Part shown: positions 1 through 13,581 of the stretch, piece after piece
Layout of the letters: each line of letters begins with the position of its first letter
How positions within the stretch are numbered: position 1 is the stretch's first letter
NCBI RefSeq assembly: GCF_006345805.1
Contig: NC_043003.1
Location: 51,336,001 to 51,400,000, forward strand
DNA length: 64,000 nt
From: Octopus sinensis
Taxonomy: Eukaryota
Direction of reading: 5' to 3'
Translations under genes and position numbers: made by a program
Notes under the pieces: generated by a model
Database searches by the model: none
What the model saw: only the letters and a program-made list of their open reading frames with translations
What the model was told of the DNA's origin: nothing

Positions 1-888
1 TTGCAATAACACAAACGCACATGGAAAAAAAAATGTTGATGCTACGATTCTCTCTGGTCGAACACAACTTCTCTATTCACAAACAATACAGAATAGCCCT
101 TCAAAATAAGCACGAAATATACAAACTTTTTTTATTGCAATAACACAAACGCACATGGAAAAAATAATGATGCTAAGATTCTCTCTGGTCGAACACAGCT
201 TCTCTATTCACAAATAATACAGAACAGCCCTTCAAAATAAGCACGAAATATACAAACATTTTTTATTGCAATAACACAAACGCACATGGAAAAAATAATG
301 ATGCTAAGATTCTCTCTGGTCGAGCACAGCTTCTCTATTCACAAATAATACAGAACAGCCCTTCAAAATAAGCACGAAATATACAACATTTTTTATTGCA
401 ATAACACAAACGCACATGGAAAAAGAAAGATGCTAAGATTCTCTCTGGTCGAACACAGCTTCTCTATTCACAAATAATACAGAACAGCCCTTCAAAATAA
501 GCACGAAATATACAAACATTTTTTATTGCAATAACACAAACGCACATGAAAAAATAATGATGCTAAGATTCTCTCTGGTCGAACACAGCTTCTCTATTCA
601 CAAATAATACAGATAGCCCTTCAAAATAAGCACGAAATATACAAACATTTTTTATTGCAATAACACAAACGCACATGGAAAAAATAAAGATGCTAAGATT
701 CTCTCTGGTCGAACACAGCTTCTCTATTCACAAATAATACAGAACAGCCCTTCAAAATAAGTACGAAATATACAAACATTTTTTATTGCAATAACACAAA
801 CGCACATGGAAAAAATAATGATGCTAAGATTCTCTCTGGTCGAACACAGCTTCTCTATTCACAAATAATACAGAACAGCCCTTCAAAA
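1..888. repeat. Tandem satellite, ~130-bp unit, ~6.8 copies (continues past left edge)
   Basis: TTGCAATAACACAAACGCACATG recurs at 1, 135, 266, 396, 526, 655, 786; a further partial unit at ~1211-1330. Confidence 0.95.
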
Positions 889-1648
889 CAAGTTAAGAAA
901 ATTTACAAATTTACATATCTACAGTTTTCAATCATACATTCGACCAGCTTTAATACCCACAATTGCCTCTGTAAACATCCTTTATTTATTATTTTTTTAT
1001 CTTCTCTCTAAAAACATCACTTTTTTCTTTTTTTTTTTTTTCTTTTGTGGACTTACAAAACCCTAAATCTTTCTATGAAAATCTGACTTTTCTCTGCTTC
1101 CTCCCTGAATATTCAAATATAAATGTAAACATATACTTTTTATTGTAAAAACACACCTGTTCTTCTAACTGGACATACAAACATCTCTAGAAAAGTCAAC
1201 TTCAACCTCCATATACAAACACTTTTTATTGCAATAACACAAACGCACATGGAAAAAAAAAATGTTGATGCTACGATTCTCTCTGGTCGAACACAACTTC
1301 TCTATTCACAAACAATACAGAACCGCCCTTCCTTAATTTTTCTTAAGCCTAATAGTAGTAAACATCTGAACTTTTTTTGAGCGATAGGACCGCACCTAAA
1401 GGAAAAAAAGGAAAGACAGTCAGCCAGCCAACCACCAAGCCAGCCAACGAGACAGACAGACACTACTGTGATGGTGATAATGATAAAAAAACAAAAATAA
1501 CAATAATAAGATACTGCTGTGACTACACATAAAACAATATCATTGATGATGATGGTGGTGATGGTGATGGTGATGATGATAATGATGATGGTAATGGTGG
1601 TGATAATGATGATAGTGATGGTAGTGGTGATGATAATTATAATAATAA

Positions 1649-4600
1649 GCCGACTACGGCTGCTATAATGGTACGATTATAATTGTAACGGCAATGATGG
1701 CCGTCTCCACACGAGCCAATCAAAGCTAAAAAATGATAACATTATCGTAGCACCAAAATGTTTTTGGAAACTAAAAGGAAAACTAAATTAGTATACCAAA
1801 TCGCTTGTCCTATGGTTAATCTGGAAGCGCGTCCCCCAGGGAAGAGCCAGCCTGGGATCGAAAAGTCATCAACTGGCACAAACTCTTCTCCGAATACGGA
1901 CATGGATGGTCACTTGAACGGGAAATCCCCCAACTTGAGCCCTCCAAGTTCACCACCACAACCACCACAGAAAGAAAAATGTAAGCGGAACAAATGGACC
2001 CGAGAAGAGTATAAAGAAGTAATATACGCTTATTACTATGCATTAGGTAGGCCATCTCAAGAGAGACACACCGCAAACTCTTACAGTATATGGAGAACAC
2101 GGAATCAAGACAGTAGGCCCTATTTGGACGAGAACAAATTAGCAAATGTGAGGAGGGATATCTTTAGAAATAACAGACTCACAGACAGTGAAATAAGCGC
2201 GATCAAGCACGCAACGGAAAATGACATAAATATAAGACACAAAGGAAATGAAGAATCAGATGAACAGTATAGCCCGCCACGAGGCTTAATTGAAAGACTG
2301 CCATCTTGACCAAAGTACGCAAAGGCCTGAAGATACAAGAAATTCTATTGTACCTGTTAAAGATAGCCAGGAAAACGAAAAAACGACAGTAACTGAAGAT
2401 CTCGCATTTGCTGAAGAACACAGAGAGTCTATAGCAGAAATGAGGCAGAAAATCCTGAATACGCTTGAAGTTGTAAGACATACAAGTATGAATGATAGAG
2501 AACCGCTTCATAAACTCTCAAATACAAACCAAAATAAAAAACAAATCCAAATTGGCAACTATGTAACAAATGAAATAATACGAGAATTAAAACCTGATTT
2601 TACTGAGTTAAATGAAATTATTTACGCTTCTGCTAGGGCAATTGAAACCAGCTGTATGCCCCCGAAAAAACAAAGAAAACAAAACCCGGGAAGAAATCAA
2701 ACCTGGAGAAGTAAAATTGAAAAAGAGATTGAATTTATGAGAGGGGAAATATCAATATTAAATGAACTAATATGTGGAAATGATGTAAGATCCAGAACAG
2801 GAAGAAAGATGAAGAGAAAATTTGGATCCTCACCAGAGAAGAACTGATATCAATAAAAGAAACGCTGAAACAAAAAGTCCAAGCAAAAGCCCAAAGAATA
2901 CGAAGATTTGAGAAGAGAAACAAGTTTTACAAGCAAAATAAGCTGTTCACATCCAATGCCAAAAAATTCTACAGAGAAATAGGGAAGGAGAAAGTAACCA
3001 TGGAAGAAGTTCAAAACTTTTGGAAAAGGATTTGGAGTGACAAGACGTACAACATAAATGCAGACTGGATTATACAAACTGAAGGATCCTACCAAAATTT
3101 ACAACAACAAGCATGGGAAGACATCACAATAGCAGACCTAAGAAAGGCACTCACGAAGGCCCATAATTGGAAATCCCCCGGTAAAGATAGGGTGCCGAAT
3201 TTCTGGCTCGCATCGCTCCCGTGCGCACACGGTAAGCTAGTTCAGCTGCTCAATGGAATTATGAGAGACCCAAAGAAAACACCTGAACGGTTAGCAAGTG
3301 GCATTACTTACCTACTCCCAAAGAATAACGAAACCAACCTTCCAAAAAGCTATCGGCCTATAACCTGTCTATCCACCACGTATAAAATCCTAACATCTAT
3401 CCTGGCGGAGAAAACATATGCATTCATGGAGAAGAACGATATTTTCCCCATTGAACAAAAAGGGTGCCGCCGAGGCTCTTACGGATGCAAAGATCAACTG
3501 CTAATCAATCGTATGATCCTTGAGAACTGTCACAACAAGCGCAGAAATCTCAGCACCGCATGGATTGACTATAAAAAGGCCTTCGACAGTATACCGCATC
3601 CATGGATCTTGAGATCGCTGGACATCAAAATTTCCCCTGTGATTTCAAACTTCCTGAAGCACAATATGTCGTTGTGGAATACGAATCTCCAATTATACCA
3701 CTCTAATGGAGTACTTGCCTCAGAAAATATAAACATCAACTGTGGAATTTTTCAAGGTGACTCACTTTCACCTTTAATATTCTGCATAGCCCTAATACCC
3801 CTTACAAGTGAATTAAACAGAACAGGGTATGGGTATAAAATTGCCAATAAAAAAATAAGCCATCTATTTTATATGGATGACTTAAAACTTTATGGTAAAG
3901 ACAATAATGAACTTGAAGGCCTATTGCGCACCGTGAAATCATTCAGCGATGACATCGGGATGGAGTTTGGACTTGAGAAGTGTGCCAAGGCCACTTTCCA
4001 GAAAGGGAAAGTGAAGACCACAAATTCAGTCGTGTTAGATGTTGACACAGTCATAAGAGAGCTTGAGCAAGAACAAACATACAAATATTTAGGGATAAAT
4101 GAAGGCTCTGGTATTCAGCATGCAAGCATGAAAGAGAAAATCAGGAAGGAATGTTATAGGAGAGTTCGTGCAGTCCTGAAATCTGAACTAAATGCACGTA
4201 ACAAGGTGTTAGCTATAAATTCCCTAGCAGTTCCAGTTGTTACTTATAGCTACAATGTGTTGAACTGGAATATGAGTGAAGTAAAGAATATAGATAGAAA
4301 AATACGCAAGCTGCTGAGTTGTAATAGGATGCACCACCCAAAGGCAGACGTAGATCACCTTTACCTTCCCAGAGCCCAAGGAGGTCGAGGCCTGATCCAA
4401 TTTGAACTAGCTTACAAAACAACCACAATTGGACTGGCCAAATATCTCGAAATATCGAATGACTGGATGCTAAAGCTCGTGGAAAATCACGAGAGACGAA
4501 AGAAGCTTCATTCTATCATCAAGGAAAGCAAAAAATTTGCTATTGATCTCGTGCAGGATACCCAAACTGAACAACCCGAGGGAAGTACGGCAACTATTGT

Positions 4601-5622
4601 TGCAAAGAAGGTGAAAATGATGGCAATGAAAAAAGCGCACGAGCAATTGGCTGATAGGTGGGAGGAGAAACCTCTGCACGGCAAATATGTGACCCGCAGC
4701 AAACAAGCTGATGTTGACCAGAAGCAAACCCATCAGTGGCTGCGGAGCTCAGGGCTAAAAGCAGAGAGCGAAGGTTTCATCCTGGCTGCTCAAGACCAAA
4801 GCCTATCAACCCGGAACTACCAGGCCAATGTGATGAAAAATGGAGCAGACCCAAAATGCCGATTCTGCAACGACATGATTGAAACAGTGGACCACCTAAT
4901 CTCTGGATGTAAAGTCTTAGCACCAGTGGAGTATAAATTAAGACATGACAGAGTTGGCCAATATCTCCACTGGCTAATAAGTCGGCATTACAATATCAAA
5001 ACTGCCGACAAGTGGTATAATCACCACCCTGAGGCTGTAACTGAAGGAGAAAACGTAACCATTCTGTGGGACTTTCCAGTACATACAGACCGAACCATCA
5101 AGGCCAATAAACCAGATATTGTTGTGAAAGACCAAAACAATAAAGTTTGCTTATTGATCGACATGAGCATCCCCTGTGATCATAATATCTCAGCGAAAGA
5201 GTTTGACAAGCTCAGAAAATATAAAGACCTACTCATTGAAATTGAGAAAATGTGACATCTCAAGGCGGTTACAATACCAGTGATCGTAGGAGCACTAGGA
5301 ATGATCAAGAAGGGAACCGAAAATTATATGAGAATGATCCCTGGCTTACCATCCCTGCAAGAAGTGCAAAAGATTGTCTTAACTGGTACATCACACGTAT
5401 TGAGAAGAGCATTGTCGATGTGAGAACTGTTGCTGCTCATGCATTTTAATTTAACTTTAAAAAAAAAAAAAAAAAAAAATGAACGAACTACTGAGTTTGG
5501 TTTAATGGCCTACCAATATACACTATGAGTTTCTTTGCCCTAGGAGTCGGGAAGACACTCGGCAAGAAATGGAAGAAAATTTGAAAGAAGAAGAAAAAAA
5601 AGTAATAATAATAATAATAATA
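1649..5622 (+). mobile_element. R4/Dong-clade non-LTR retrotransposon (RT + CCHC + restriction-like endonuclease), near full length, inactivated
   Basis: Single ORF broken into 1758-2309, 2290-2847, ~2850-5255 and 5256-5423. RT motif LFYMDDLKLY, zinc knuckle CRFCNDMIETVDHLISGC, RLE motif KPDIVV..CLLIDMSIP. TAA repeats at both ends (1641-1648, 5602-5622). Confidence 0.92.
3000..5423 (+). pseudogene. RT-RLE polyprotein of the R4/Dong element; premature TGA at 5253-5255 (likely from TGG)
   Basis: The frame continues after the stop as HLKAVTIPVIVGALG...VLRRALSM to TGA at 5421-5423, a typical R4 C-terminus. Confidence 0.88.
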
Positions 5623-6180
5623 AATGCCCTGATGCAGTACCAGGCAGTGGCTCTCATGGCTTCTGATCTTAACTAATTGGAAGTGTTATCATGTACATTG
5701 TTTTGTCTTGGTATAAAAGATGGGCTACAGCAAATATTCTGCTCAATACCACAGATTTGCTTGTCAGTTGTTTGACCTTAACCAGTTGAGCATGTCCCTT
5801 AGTGGCTGACGATATGTGCATCTCTCATCACGAGCAGAAGTAGTGGGGGAGCATCATAGCCATGTGTTGAGAGGGATTCTTTGGGGTTTGAATAATTCAC
5901 CTCTGGAAACATGGGTGGTTCTTTCAACATCCTTAAACAACCCTTATTCAGGGACCTTTTGAGCGGGAAGGGCTACTCAACCTGAAGAAAATTCTAACTG
6001 GGCCCCACCTGCAAGGTCATGTGCTGTTTATCTTGATATGAGATCACCATTTCGCGCACATATGGTTGTGATGCATGTGCCTGGTGTACCCTTATCAGAC
6101 GGGTAGTCATGATGGGTATATTGGGCTTCGTATATTTTACCCCAGTGTCACTTTGATGGCATGCACTGCTCTCTCATTCA
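5623..6180. mobile_element. ~560-bp non-coding interspersed-repeat-like element bounded by (TAA)n on both sides
   Basis: Complex sequence sharply delimited by TAA tracts at 5602-5622 and 6179-6252; no meaningful ORF. Confidence 0.55.
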
Positions 6181-6201
6181 ATAATAATAATAATAATAAT
6201 G

Positions 6202-6281
<80 letters not shown>

Positions 6282-6646
6282 AAGAATGAATGAATAATAA
6301 TGAATGAATGAATGAAAACGAAGACATTACTAACTGCAAATGGATGGGCTTCATATCCATACTGGTTTAGGGCGGCGTTGAAAGCAGCCAAAATGGTCAC
6401 CACTGCACCCAACATTTTCCTGCTGTTCACGGGTTAGCGCCTTTTTGATAAATGCAGTATAGCAAGCGGAGACGATTGCGTGTTTGATCGTGTGCATGGT
6501 GGGGTTGGGGGGAGGGAGGGAATGCAATTGAATAAGAAACCATTGTAAAATCATGTCCTGTTGACAAACATTTCTGTATATCACAGCGAACAATTTCACT
6601 TATCGCTATAAACAATGTTGCGAATGAACGACGGCCTCCCCCTCTG

Positions 6647-6678
<32 letters not shown>

Positions 6679-6989
6679 ACTCTCTCTCTCTCTCTCAGCC
6701 TCTCGCTTTCTCTCTCTGTCTCTCTTTCTCATACAAACACAAACGCATACACGCACTCATACACACACAAGACTTTTATATTCGTTCACATAAACTGTAT
6801 TACATGTTTTTAATTCCTGCTCATGGTGAACGATGTTATTTTTGGCATAGGATGGCCAACCCACAGCGTACATTTAAGATATGCATAAATATAAACATGA
6901 CTGCGTATGTATTTATATGTATGTATACATGCATGCATGTATGTATGTATGTATGTATGTATGTATGTATGTATGTATGTATGTATTAT

Positions 6990-7425
6990 AATATAATAAT
7001 AATAATAATAATAATAATATAATAATAATAATAATAATAATAATGAAATTATTGTATACAGTGCTCAGGTGCACCACAACTTGTCAGAAAGTGCGTATAA
7101 AGTATATGCTGTAATGTACAAATGTCTGGAAAGCGAACAATGTATGAGTCAGATACATGCCTGTGTGTATAGAGGGGAGAAAATCAGGTGTAGTGTTGGC
7201 GAATCTCAGAAAGCATGGAAGTTTTGAAGGATGCAGTGCTCCGACAACTAACAACTGATGCCGGCAGTTTGTTCTATGCTTCAGCAACTCTCAGCGTGAA
7301 ATAATGTTTTCTTAAGTCATGGGAGCTGTGCTGTTTTCTGACTTTGTAAATATGTCTACGGGTGTTAGACAGGTGGAGTTTGAAAAGGTGCTCAGAGTTA
7401 TTGTTTGTAAGATGGTTAATAATTT
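6990..7425 (-). mobile_element. 5'-truncated CR1/L2-type LINE 3' end with (ATT)n tail
   Basis: Minus translation KIINHLT..NTRRHIYKVRKQ..RKHYFTLRVAEA*NKLPASVV..SFKTSM matches the C-terminus of CR1-type ORF2. Confidence 0.8.
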
Positions 7426-7457
<32 letters not shown>

Positions 7458-7553
7458 TGTATGTATGTATGTATGTATGTATGTATGTATGTATGTATGT
7501 ATGTATGTATGTATGTATGTATGTATGTATATGTGTGTGTGTATATGTGTGTG

Positions 7554-7629
<76 letters not shown>

Positions 7630-7704
7630 CATCTATCTATCTATCTATCTTGTCTGTATGCCTGCTTGTCTATCTTTCTACATACATACATATATGTTCC
7701 CACT

Positions 7705-9490
7705 GATACTGATGTGAGGGAAACGAACGAAGTTGACTCCCAACACAAAATCGCAGACATAACCTTCACTGCCACCGACATCGTAGCAGCAATAAATGAG
7801 GTCAAACATTACTCTGCTGTAGGCCCTGATAGATTTCCCGCTAGTCTCCTGAAGAAATGTAGATATCAACTTGCAGCCCCTCTAACCAACCTCTGGAGAA
7901 ACTCGTTAGACGCAGGTTATATACCGAAACAGTTTCTATCCCAGTCGGTCATCCCGGTTTTCAAACAGGGAAACAGATCCCTCGCAGTCAACTATCGCCC
8001 AATCTCACTCACCTCCCACATCATTAAAGTGTTTGAAAGAGTGTTAAGATCAAGGATAGCTGACTTCCTGGAGACCCACAAACTCCTAAATTCAATCAGC
8101 ATGGCTTTCGCTGTGGCAGGGACTGTCTAACACAGCTCTTACACCACATTGAAGATGTACTCAAAGCCTTGGGAACAGGTTCGAACTCTGACGTCATATA
8201 TCTTGACTTCAGTAAAGCGTTCGACAGGGTAGACCATAACATCCTACTCTCAAAATTGGCAAACGTTGGAATCCGTGGAAAAGTTCTACACTGGATTCAG
8301 TATTTCCTGGCGAATAGAACACAACATGTTGTAGTTGATGGAGTCCACTAAAACCCAGCAAAAGTCACCAGCGGTGTTCCCCAGGGAACTGTTTTGGGTC
8401 CGCTACTCTTCATAATTTACTTAAACGACCTTTCCAGTGTCGTACATCACTGCAAAGTGAAAATATTCGCTGATAACACTAAGCACCAGCAAATCGTCAA
8501 TGAAGAAGCAGACCGAACTCAACTCCAGTCTGATCTATATGCTGTGAGTCAATGGGCAGACAGAAACAAAATGCAACTGAATGAGGGAAAATTTGAGCTG
8601 ATGCATTTTGGAAGAAATTCCTCACTAAAACAACCATACTCTCTTCCTTCAGGGGAACCGCTCACAGCCTCTAACAATATCAGAAACCTGGGTGTAATTG
8701 TTGATGACGATCTCAGTTGGAGTGCACACATCAACAAGAAGGTCGATATAGCTCGTAGGATGAGTTCCTGGATCTTAAGAACTTTCCGGTCCAGAGAACA
8801 AGGTGTCATCATACCACTTTTTTCCTCCTTTGTACGGCCACACCTTGAATACTGCTGCCCACTGTGGTCTCCTCACACAAGACAAAACATCTCCAGAATT
8901 GAGTCACCCCAGAGGGCTCTCACTAAACAAATTGAAGGCATGGCTGCTCTCGATTATTGGGATCGCCTTAAAGCCTTGAAACTTTACTCCCTCCAGCGTC
9001 GCCGTGAGCGGTACATCATTTGTACGATGTGGAAAATATACCGCCAACTTTGCCCAAACGACCTAAACATTAGCTTCAAGGTTCATCCAAGACTTGGACC
9101 ACGGGCTATACGTCCCCTGCCAAATTCAAGATCACAACATACATGTACACTGCAACAAAATGTCTTTTCCTCAACAGGCCCTGCCCTATTTAACATTGTC
9201 CCGAGGGAGATCAAAGAGGAAAAGGATCTCATCAACTTCAAACAGAGTCTGGATAGATTCCTTCAAAGAATACCAGATAAGCCACCCATAATTGGATACA
9301 ACTCACCCAACAAGAACTCACTACTTGAACAAAACTGGATACAACTCACCCAACAAGAACTCACTACTTGAACAAAACTTGACTTAAACAGGATTCGAAT
9401 AATCCTATCAGGTGGTGCTATTAAGTTAGACATGGCCTGGACCAATCTCTGGTCGAAACATATCTAAGTTTATCTAAGTTTATCTAAGTT
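7705..9490 (+). mobile_element. 5'-truncated CR1/L2(jockey-like) LINE, RT domain, degenerate
   Basis: NYRPISLTS, YLDFSKAFDRV, SGVPQGTVLGPLLF, FADN (for FADD); frameshift/stop at ~8095 and 8349. 3' stem-loop GACCA-ATCTC-TGGTC, (TATCTAAGTT)3 tail; 43-bp tandem duplication at 9294-9379. Confidence 0.92.
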
Positions 9491-9578
9491 TATATATATA
9501 TACTAGCAGAATTGCCCGGCGTTGCTCGGGGCTGAATTGCTTGAAAGTACTGTTAATGATTGCACTGAATTATGATGA

Positions 9579-10101
9579 TTATTCAGGCAAATATTGATAT
9601 AAGTTTACGGTGGGAGATAAGGACTTAACGATAAAACGTGTGCCATTGCATTGTTTTGGGGGAACCAAATTTCTGATGAGCATTATAGGGGCACCAACTT
9701 TAAGTTTCAGAAAGTGTGGTGGTAGTCCGGGGTGCTCAAAGGAATTGAGTACCTCTATTGGATAGTTGATGACGTCCTCTGGGTCAGGAGTTGTATCGAA
9801 AAGACTGATATACATAGACTTCCCCAGGAATGAGTTTTAGCTTTTCATCATTAATATGGTGAACAGTTTTATTCCTCGGGGCCAGTATAGCCTTTTTGCC
9901 AATCCAATCCATATTCTGATAATTAGCTTGTAGATCTGGGAACACTGCATCTCCGAGATCAGAAGGCGTCTTAACAATGGTACAAATGGAATCGATGGCA
10001 ATATTACCATTTTCATCCCCTGGTATTTTGCCTTCGCCAAGTGCAAGGAGGGTGTGAGGAAATGCTGCTGATGTGATATTACGTCGCATATGAGCACGCA
10101 T
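9579..10101 (-). pseudogene. Helitron PIF1-like helicase fragment (frameshifted)
   Basis: [37 protein letters not shown] motifs split across ORFs 9784-10101 and 9579-9815. Confidence 0.88.
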
Positions 10102-10349
10102 ATTGGTGTGAAGTTTGAGAGTTACTTCCCTTTATTAAAAAAATATGCATTAAAATGGAAAAAAATGATGGTAAATTATTTGTAAAATCATAGACTCATC
10201 GTAGACGCGCGCTAATACCCAGAAGGGCTCGATATGAATCACGACTATAAGATACCCGGTTTTGGTTAAACTGCATCGCAAAATGTGGGAGTAGTTAGGA
10301 ATCTAAATCGGAGTAGACAGACACACAACCTTTCTTTTATATATAAATA

Positions 10350-11027
10350 TTTTCGTCCTAAAAAACTTTGTATGGATTGAATGGTTACCTCTATGGAAAT
10401 ATATACACGCACATTATACATACATGTGTGTATAGATGAATATATAAATACATTTAAATATCTATATACACTTTTGGGCGATCTTTCTTTTTCTTAGAGA
10501 TAACTTTAGATCTTATATTCGTCCTAAAAAACTTTGTATGGAGTGAAAGGTTACCTCTATGGAAATATATACACACACATTATACATACATCTGTGTATA
10601 GATGAATATAAAAATACATTTAAACATCTATATACACTTTTGGGCGATCTTTCTTTTTCTTAGAGATAACTTTAGATCTTATATTCGTCCTAAAAAACGT
10701 TGTATGGAGTGAATGGTTACCTCTATGGAAATATATACACACACGTTATACATACATGTGTGCATAGATGAATATATAAATACATTTAAATATCTATATA
10801 CACTTTTGGGCGATCTTTCTGCTACTTGTATATACTTTAGATCTTATATTCGTCCTAAAAAACTTTGTATGGAGTGAAAGGTTACCGCTATGGAAATATA
10901 TACACACACATTATACATACATCTGTGTATAGATGAATATATAAATACATTTAAATATCTATATACACTTTTGGGCGATCTTTCTGCTACTTGGATATAG
11001 GTCTTATATTCGTCGTAAAAAACTTTC
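10350..11027. repeat. ~166-bp tandem satellite inside Helitron, ~4 copies
   Basis: CGTCCTAAAAAAC at 10354, 10520, 10686, 10851 and a variant (CGTCGTAAAAAAC) at 11011. Confidence 0.95.
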
Positions 11028-11044
11028 CTGTCACACACTCACGC

Positions 11045-11087
<43 letters not shown>

Positions 11088-11619
11088 CACACACACTCAC
11101 ACACACGCAGACACACACGTTAGCTTACAATTTTATTTATATATTTGCATGTCTATGTGTGTTAAGAGGAAGTGGGAATGTAGAGTGAGTCACTCACTAC
11201 AGAAAGTGAATTACTTTCACTTTATTCGTTGCACACTGTGTGTGCTGTATCCCACACTAAGAGAAGCATTTGACTTATACACCACAATGTGAGTTTTCTC
11301 TAAATTTTGCTTAATTGGGGTTGAAATTTTAAAAAGTGGACCTGGCAAGACCCGATGCATTCTACTCTTAAAAATGCTAGGTAAATTGTAATTGAAGAAA
11401 TCCTATATTGTAGATTTCTATAAGAGACAAAGGGAGGCAGATAAAATCTGCCTTTTAGAATAAGAGATATTTGAGTAGTTGAATGAATTATCTTATCAAG
11501 GATAATTCAACTCCATTCTTTCATTTACATATATATATATATATACATACACACACACATACATACATACATACATACATACATACATAATACATACATA
11601 CATACATAATATATTATTA

Positions 11620-12168
11620 CGAGCAAAACGCACCCCCGTCCAATGGACGGTGCTGAGTCATATCTGCTGAATAAAAAGCAATCAGTGTTTTCTTTTCATT
11701 TAAAAATAATTAAACATGCCTTTATTTCAATAATTTTGGGGGTTTTGTTAAACGAAGTTAACGCAAAAAAAAAACTTCTTGAGAAAGCAAATAGTCTTTC
11801 CTTCCTTCATGCCAAGTTTGAAGAAAATATCTCTTTTGCATCTTACTCTTTTGGTCCGTTAAATATACTGCATTTTGTGGCATTATTTCAAGCCAGCCGG
11901 CTTTTTTGAGCAAACTGCACTGTATTTTTCTCGCGTACGCGTAGTATCGATCGCAACAGCTGATGTACTTGCGCGTACAAATGCACGTTCCCACGGCTTT
12001 ACCGATCGCATTCTCACCTGGAATCGATTTTTGTAATTTTTTAAAGACTTATACACGCTCTGATACCGTCGGTATCTATATATCAAATTTGAGCGCAATC
12101 GGATGGAGGATGCCCGAGATCCTAAAAGACACACACACACACACACAGACCGGATTTTATATAATAGA
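11620..12168 (-). mobile_element. Short non-autonomous Helitron-like element, copy A
   Basis: Minus 5' A|TCTATTATATAAAATCC; 3' hairpin CCGTCCA-T-TGGACGG then CTCG|T. Confidence 0.7.
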
Positions 12169-12401
12169 TATGATCGAACGCCACGCATCCTTTTCCAAGT
12201 TTTACATACATACATACATAAATACATACACACATACATACATATATACATAATACATACACACAAACATACATACATGCACACACATACATGCATACAT
12301 AATACATACATACATACATACATACATACATACACCCACATACATACATACATACATACATACATACATACATACATACATACATACATAATATATTATT
12401 A

Positions 12402-12948
12402 CGAGCAAAACGCACCCCTGTCCAATGGACGGTGCTGAGTCATATCTGCTGAATAAAAAGCAATCAGTGTTTTCTTTTCATTTAAAAATAATTAAGCATG
12501 CCTTTATTTCAATAATTTTGGGGGTTTTGTTAAACGAAGTTAATGCAAAAAAAAAAATTTTTGAGAAACCAAATAGTCTTTCCTTCCTTCATGCCAAGTT
12601 TGAAGAAAATATCTCTTTTGCATCTTACTCTTTTGGTCTCTTAAATATACTGCATTTTGTGGCATTATTTCAAGCCAGCCGGCTTTTTTGCGCAAACTGC
12701 ACTGTATTTTTCTCGCGTACGCGTAGTATTGATCGCAACAGCTAATGTACTTGCGCGTACAAATGCACGTTCCCACGGCTTTACCGATCGCATTCTCACC
12801 TGGAATCGATTTTTGTAATTTTTTAAAGACTTATACACGCTCTGATACCGTCGGTATCTATATATCAAATTTGAGCGCAATCGGATGGAGGATGCCCGAG
12901 ATCCTAAAAGACACACACACACACACAGAACGGATTTTATATAATATA
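12402..12948 (-). mobile_element. Short non-autonomous Helitron-like element, copy B (tandem duplicate, 5' TC mutated)
   Basis: Near-identical to 11620-12168 with a 782-bp offset; flank and (TACA)n also duplicated. Confidence 0.7.
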
Positions 12949-13224
12949 TATGATCGAACGCCACGCATCCTTTTCCAAGTTTTACATACATACATAAATA
13001 CATACACACATACATACATACATAATACATACACACAAACATACATACATGCACACACATACATGCATACATAATACATACATACATACATATACCCACA
13101 TACATACATACATAATACATACATACATACATACATACATATTGTGACCCTCGACTTCAACTTAAAAATGTAATGGCAAGTATTTATTGACTTTTTCTTT
13201 CCTTTAAAATTCGGCACGAACTTT

Positions 13225-13581
13225 CCGGACAACAGCGTGATGCTTCGTTTGCCTTTATTGACCTAAGGCTTTTGATACTATTAGCCGCCCACTACTATGG
13301 AATATGGATGCCCTCCTAAGCTTCTTGCCATGCTACGCCAGTTCCATACCGGCAAGCAAGTACGTGTGACATTGGGTGGTGATCAGTCTTACTACTTCAA
13401 CTTTCAAGTTGGAGTTAAACAAGACTGCGTCCTGGTCCCTGTCCTCTTCAATGTGTTTCTTGTTGCTGTGACCTAACTATCTCGCTACGACCTCAACCCC
13501 GAAGATGGCAATCCCAGTTCGATATTGCCATGATGGCAATCTCTTCAACTTGAGGAGGCTAGAATCACTAAGACTCAGCCC
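13225..13581 (+). mobile_element. Degenerate RTE (BovB-like) LINE RT fragment
   Basis: Frameshifted translation FAFIDL-KAFDTISR..YGCPPKLLAMLRQFH..GVKQDCVLVPVLFNVF..DGNLFNLRRL. Confidence 0.75.

Larger units (their letters stand above)
9503..11467 (-). mobile_element. Composite non-autonomous Helitron, copy 1 (PIF1 fragment + ~166-bp satellite)
   Basis: Minus strand: 5' TC at 11467, 3' hairpin CCCGAGCAACGCCGGG then CTAG at 9503-9506, A|T target; colinear reverse complement of 46906-48887. Confidence 0.9.

Noticed and set aside
1-888. 130-bp array as CRISPR or as an HHR tandem repeat
   Set aside because: Units are contiguous with no unique spacers, no cas genes, eukaryotic context; no CUGANGA/GAAA core found on either strand
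1649-1757. HDV-like ribozyme at the 5' end of the R4/Dong element
   Set aside because: GTC-TCCACAC-GAG resembles P3-L3, but I could not find P1, P1.1 or P2 partners by eye; needs a descriptor search
9440-9465. Hairpin + GAAAC at LINE and SINE tails as ribozymes
   Set aside because: No upstream CUGANGA; better explained as LINE 3' recognition stem-loops
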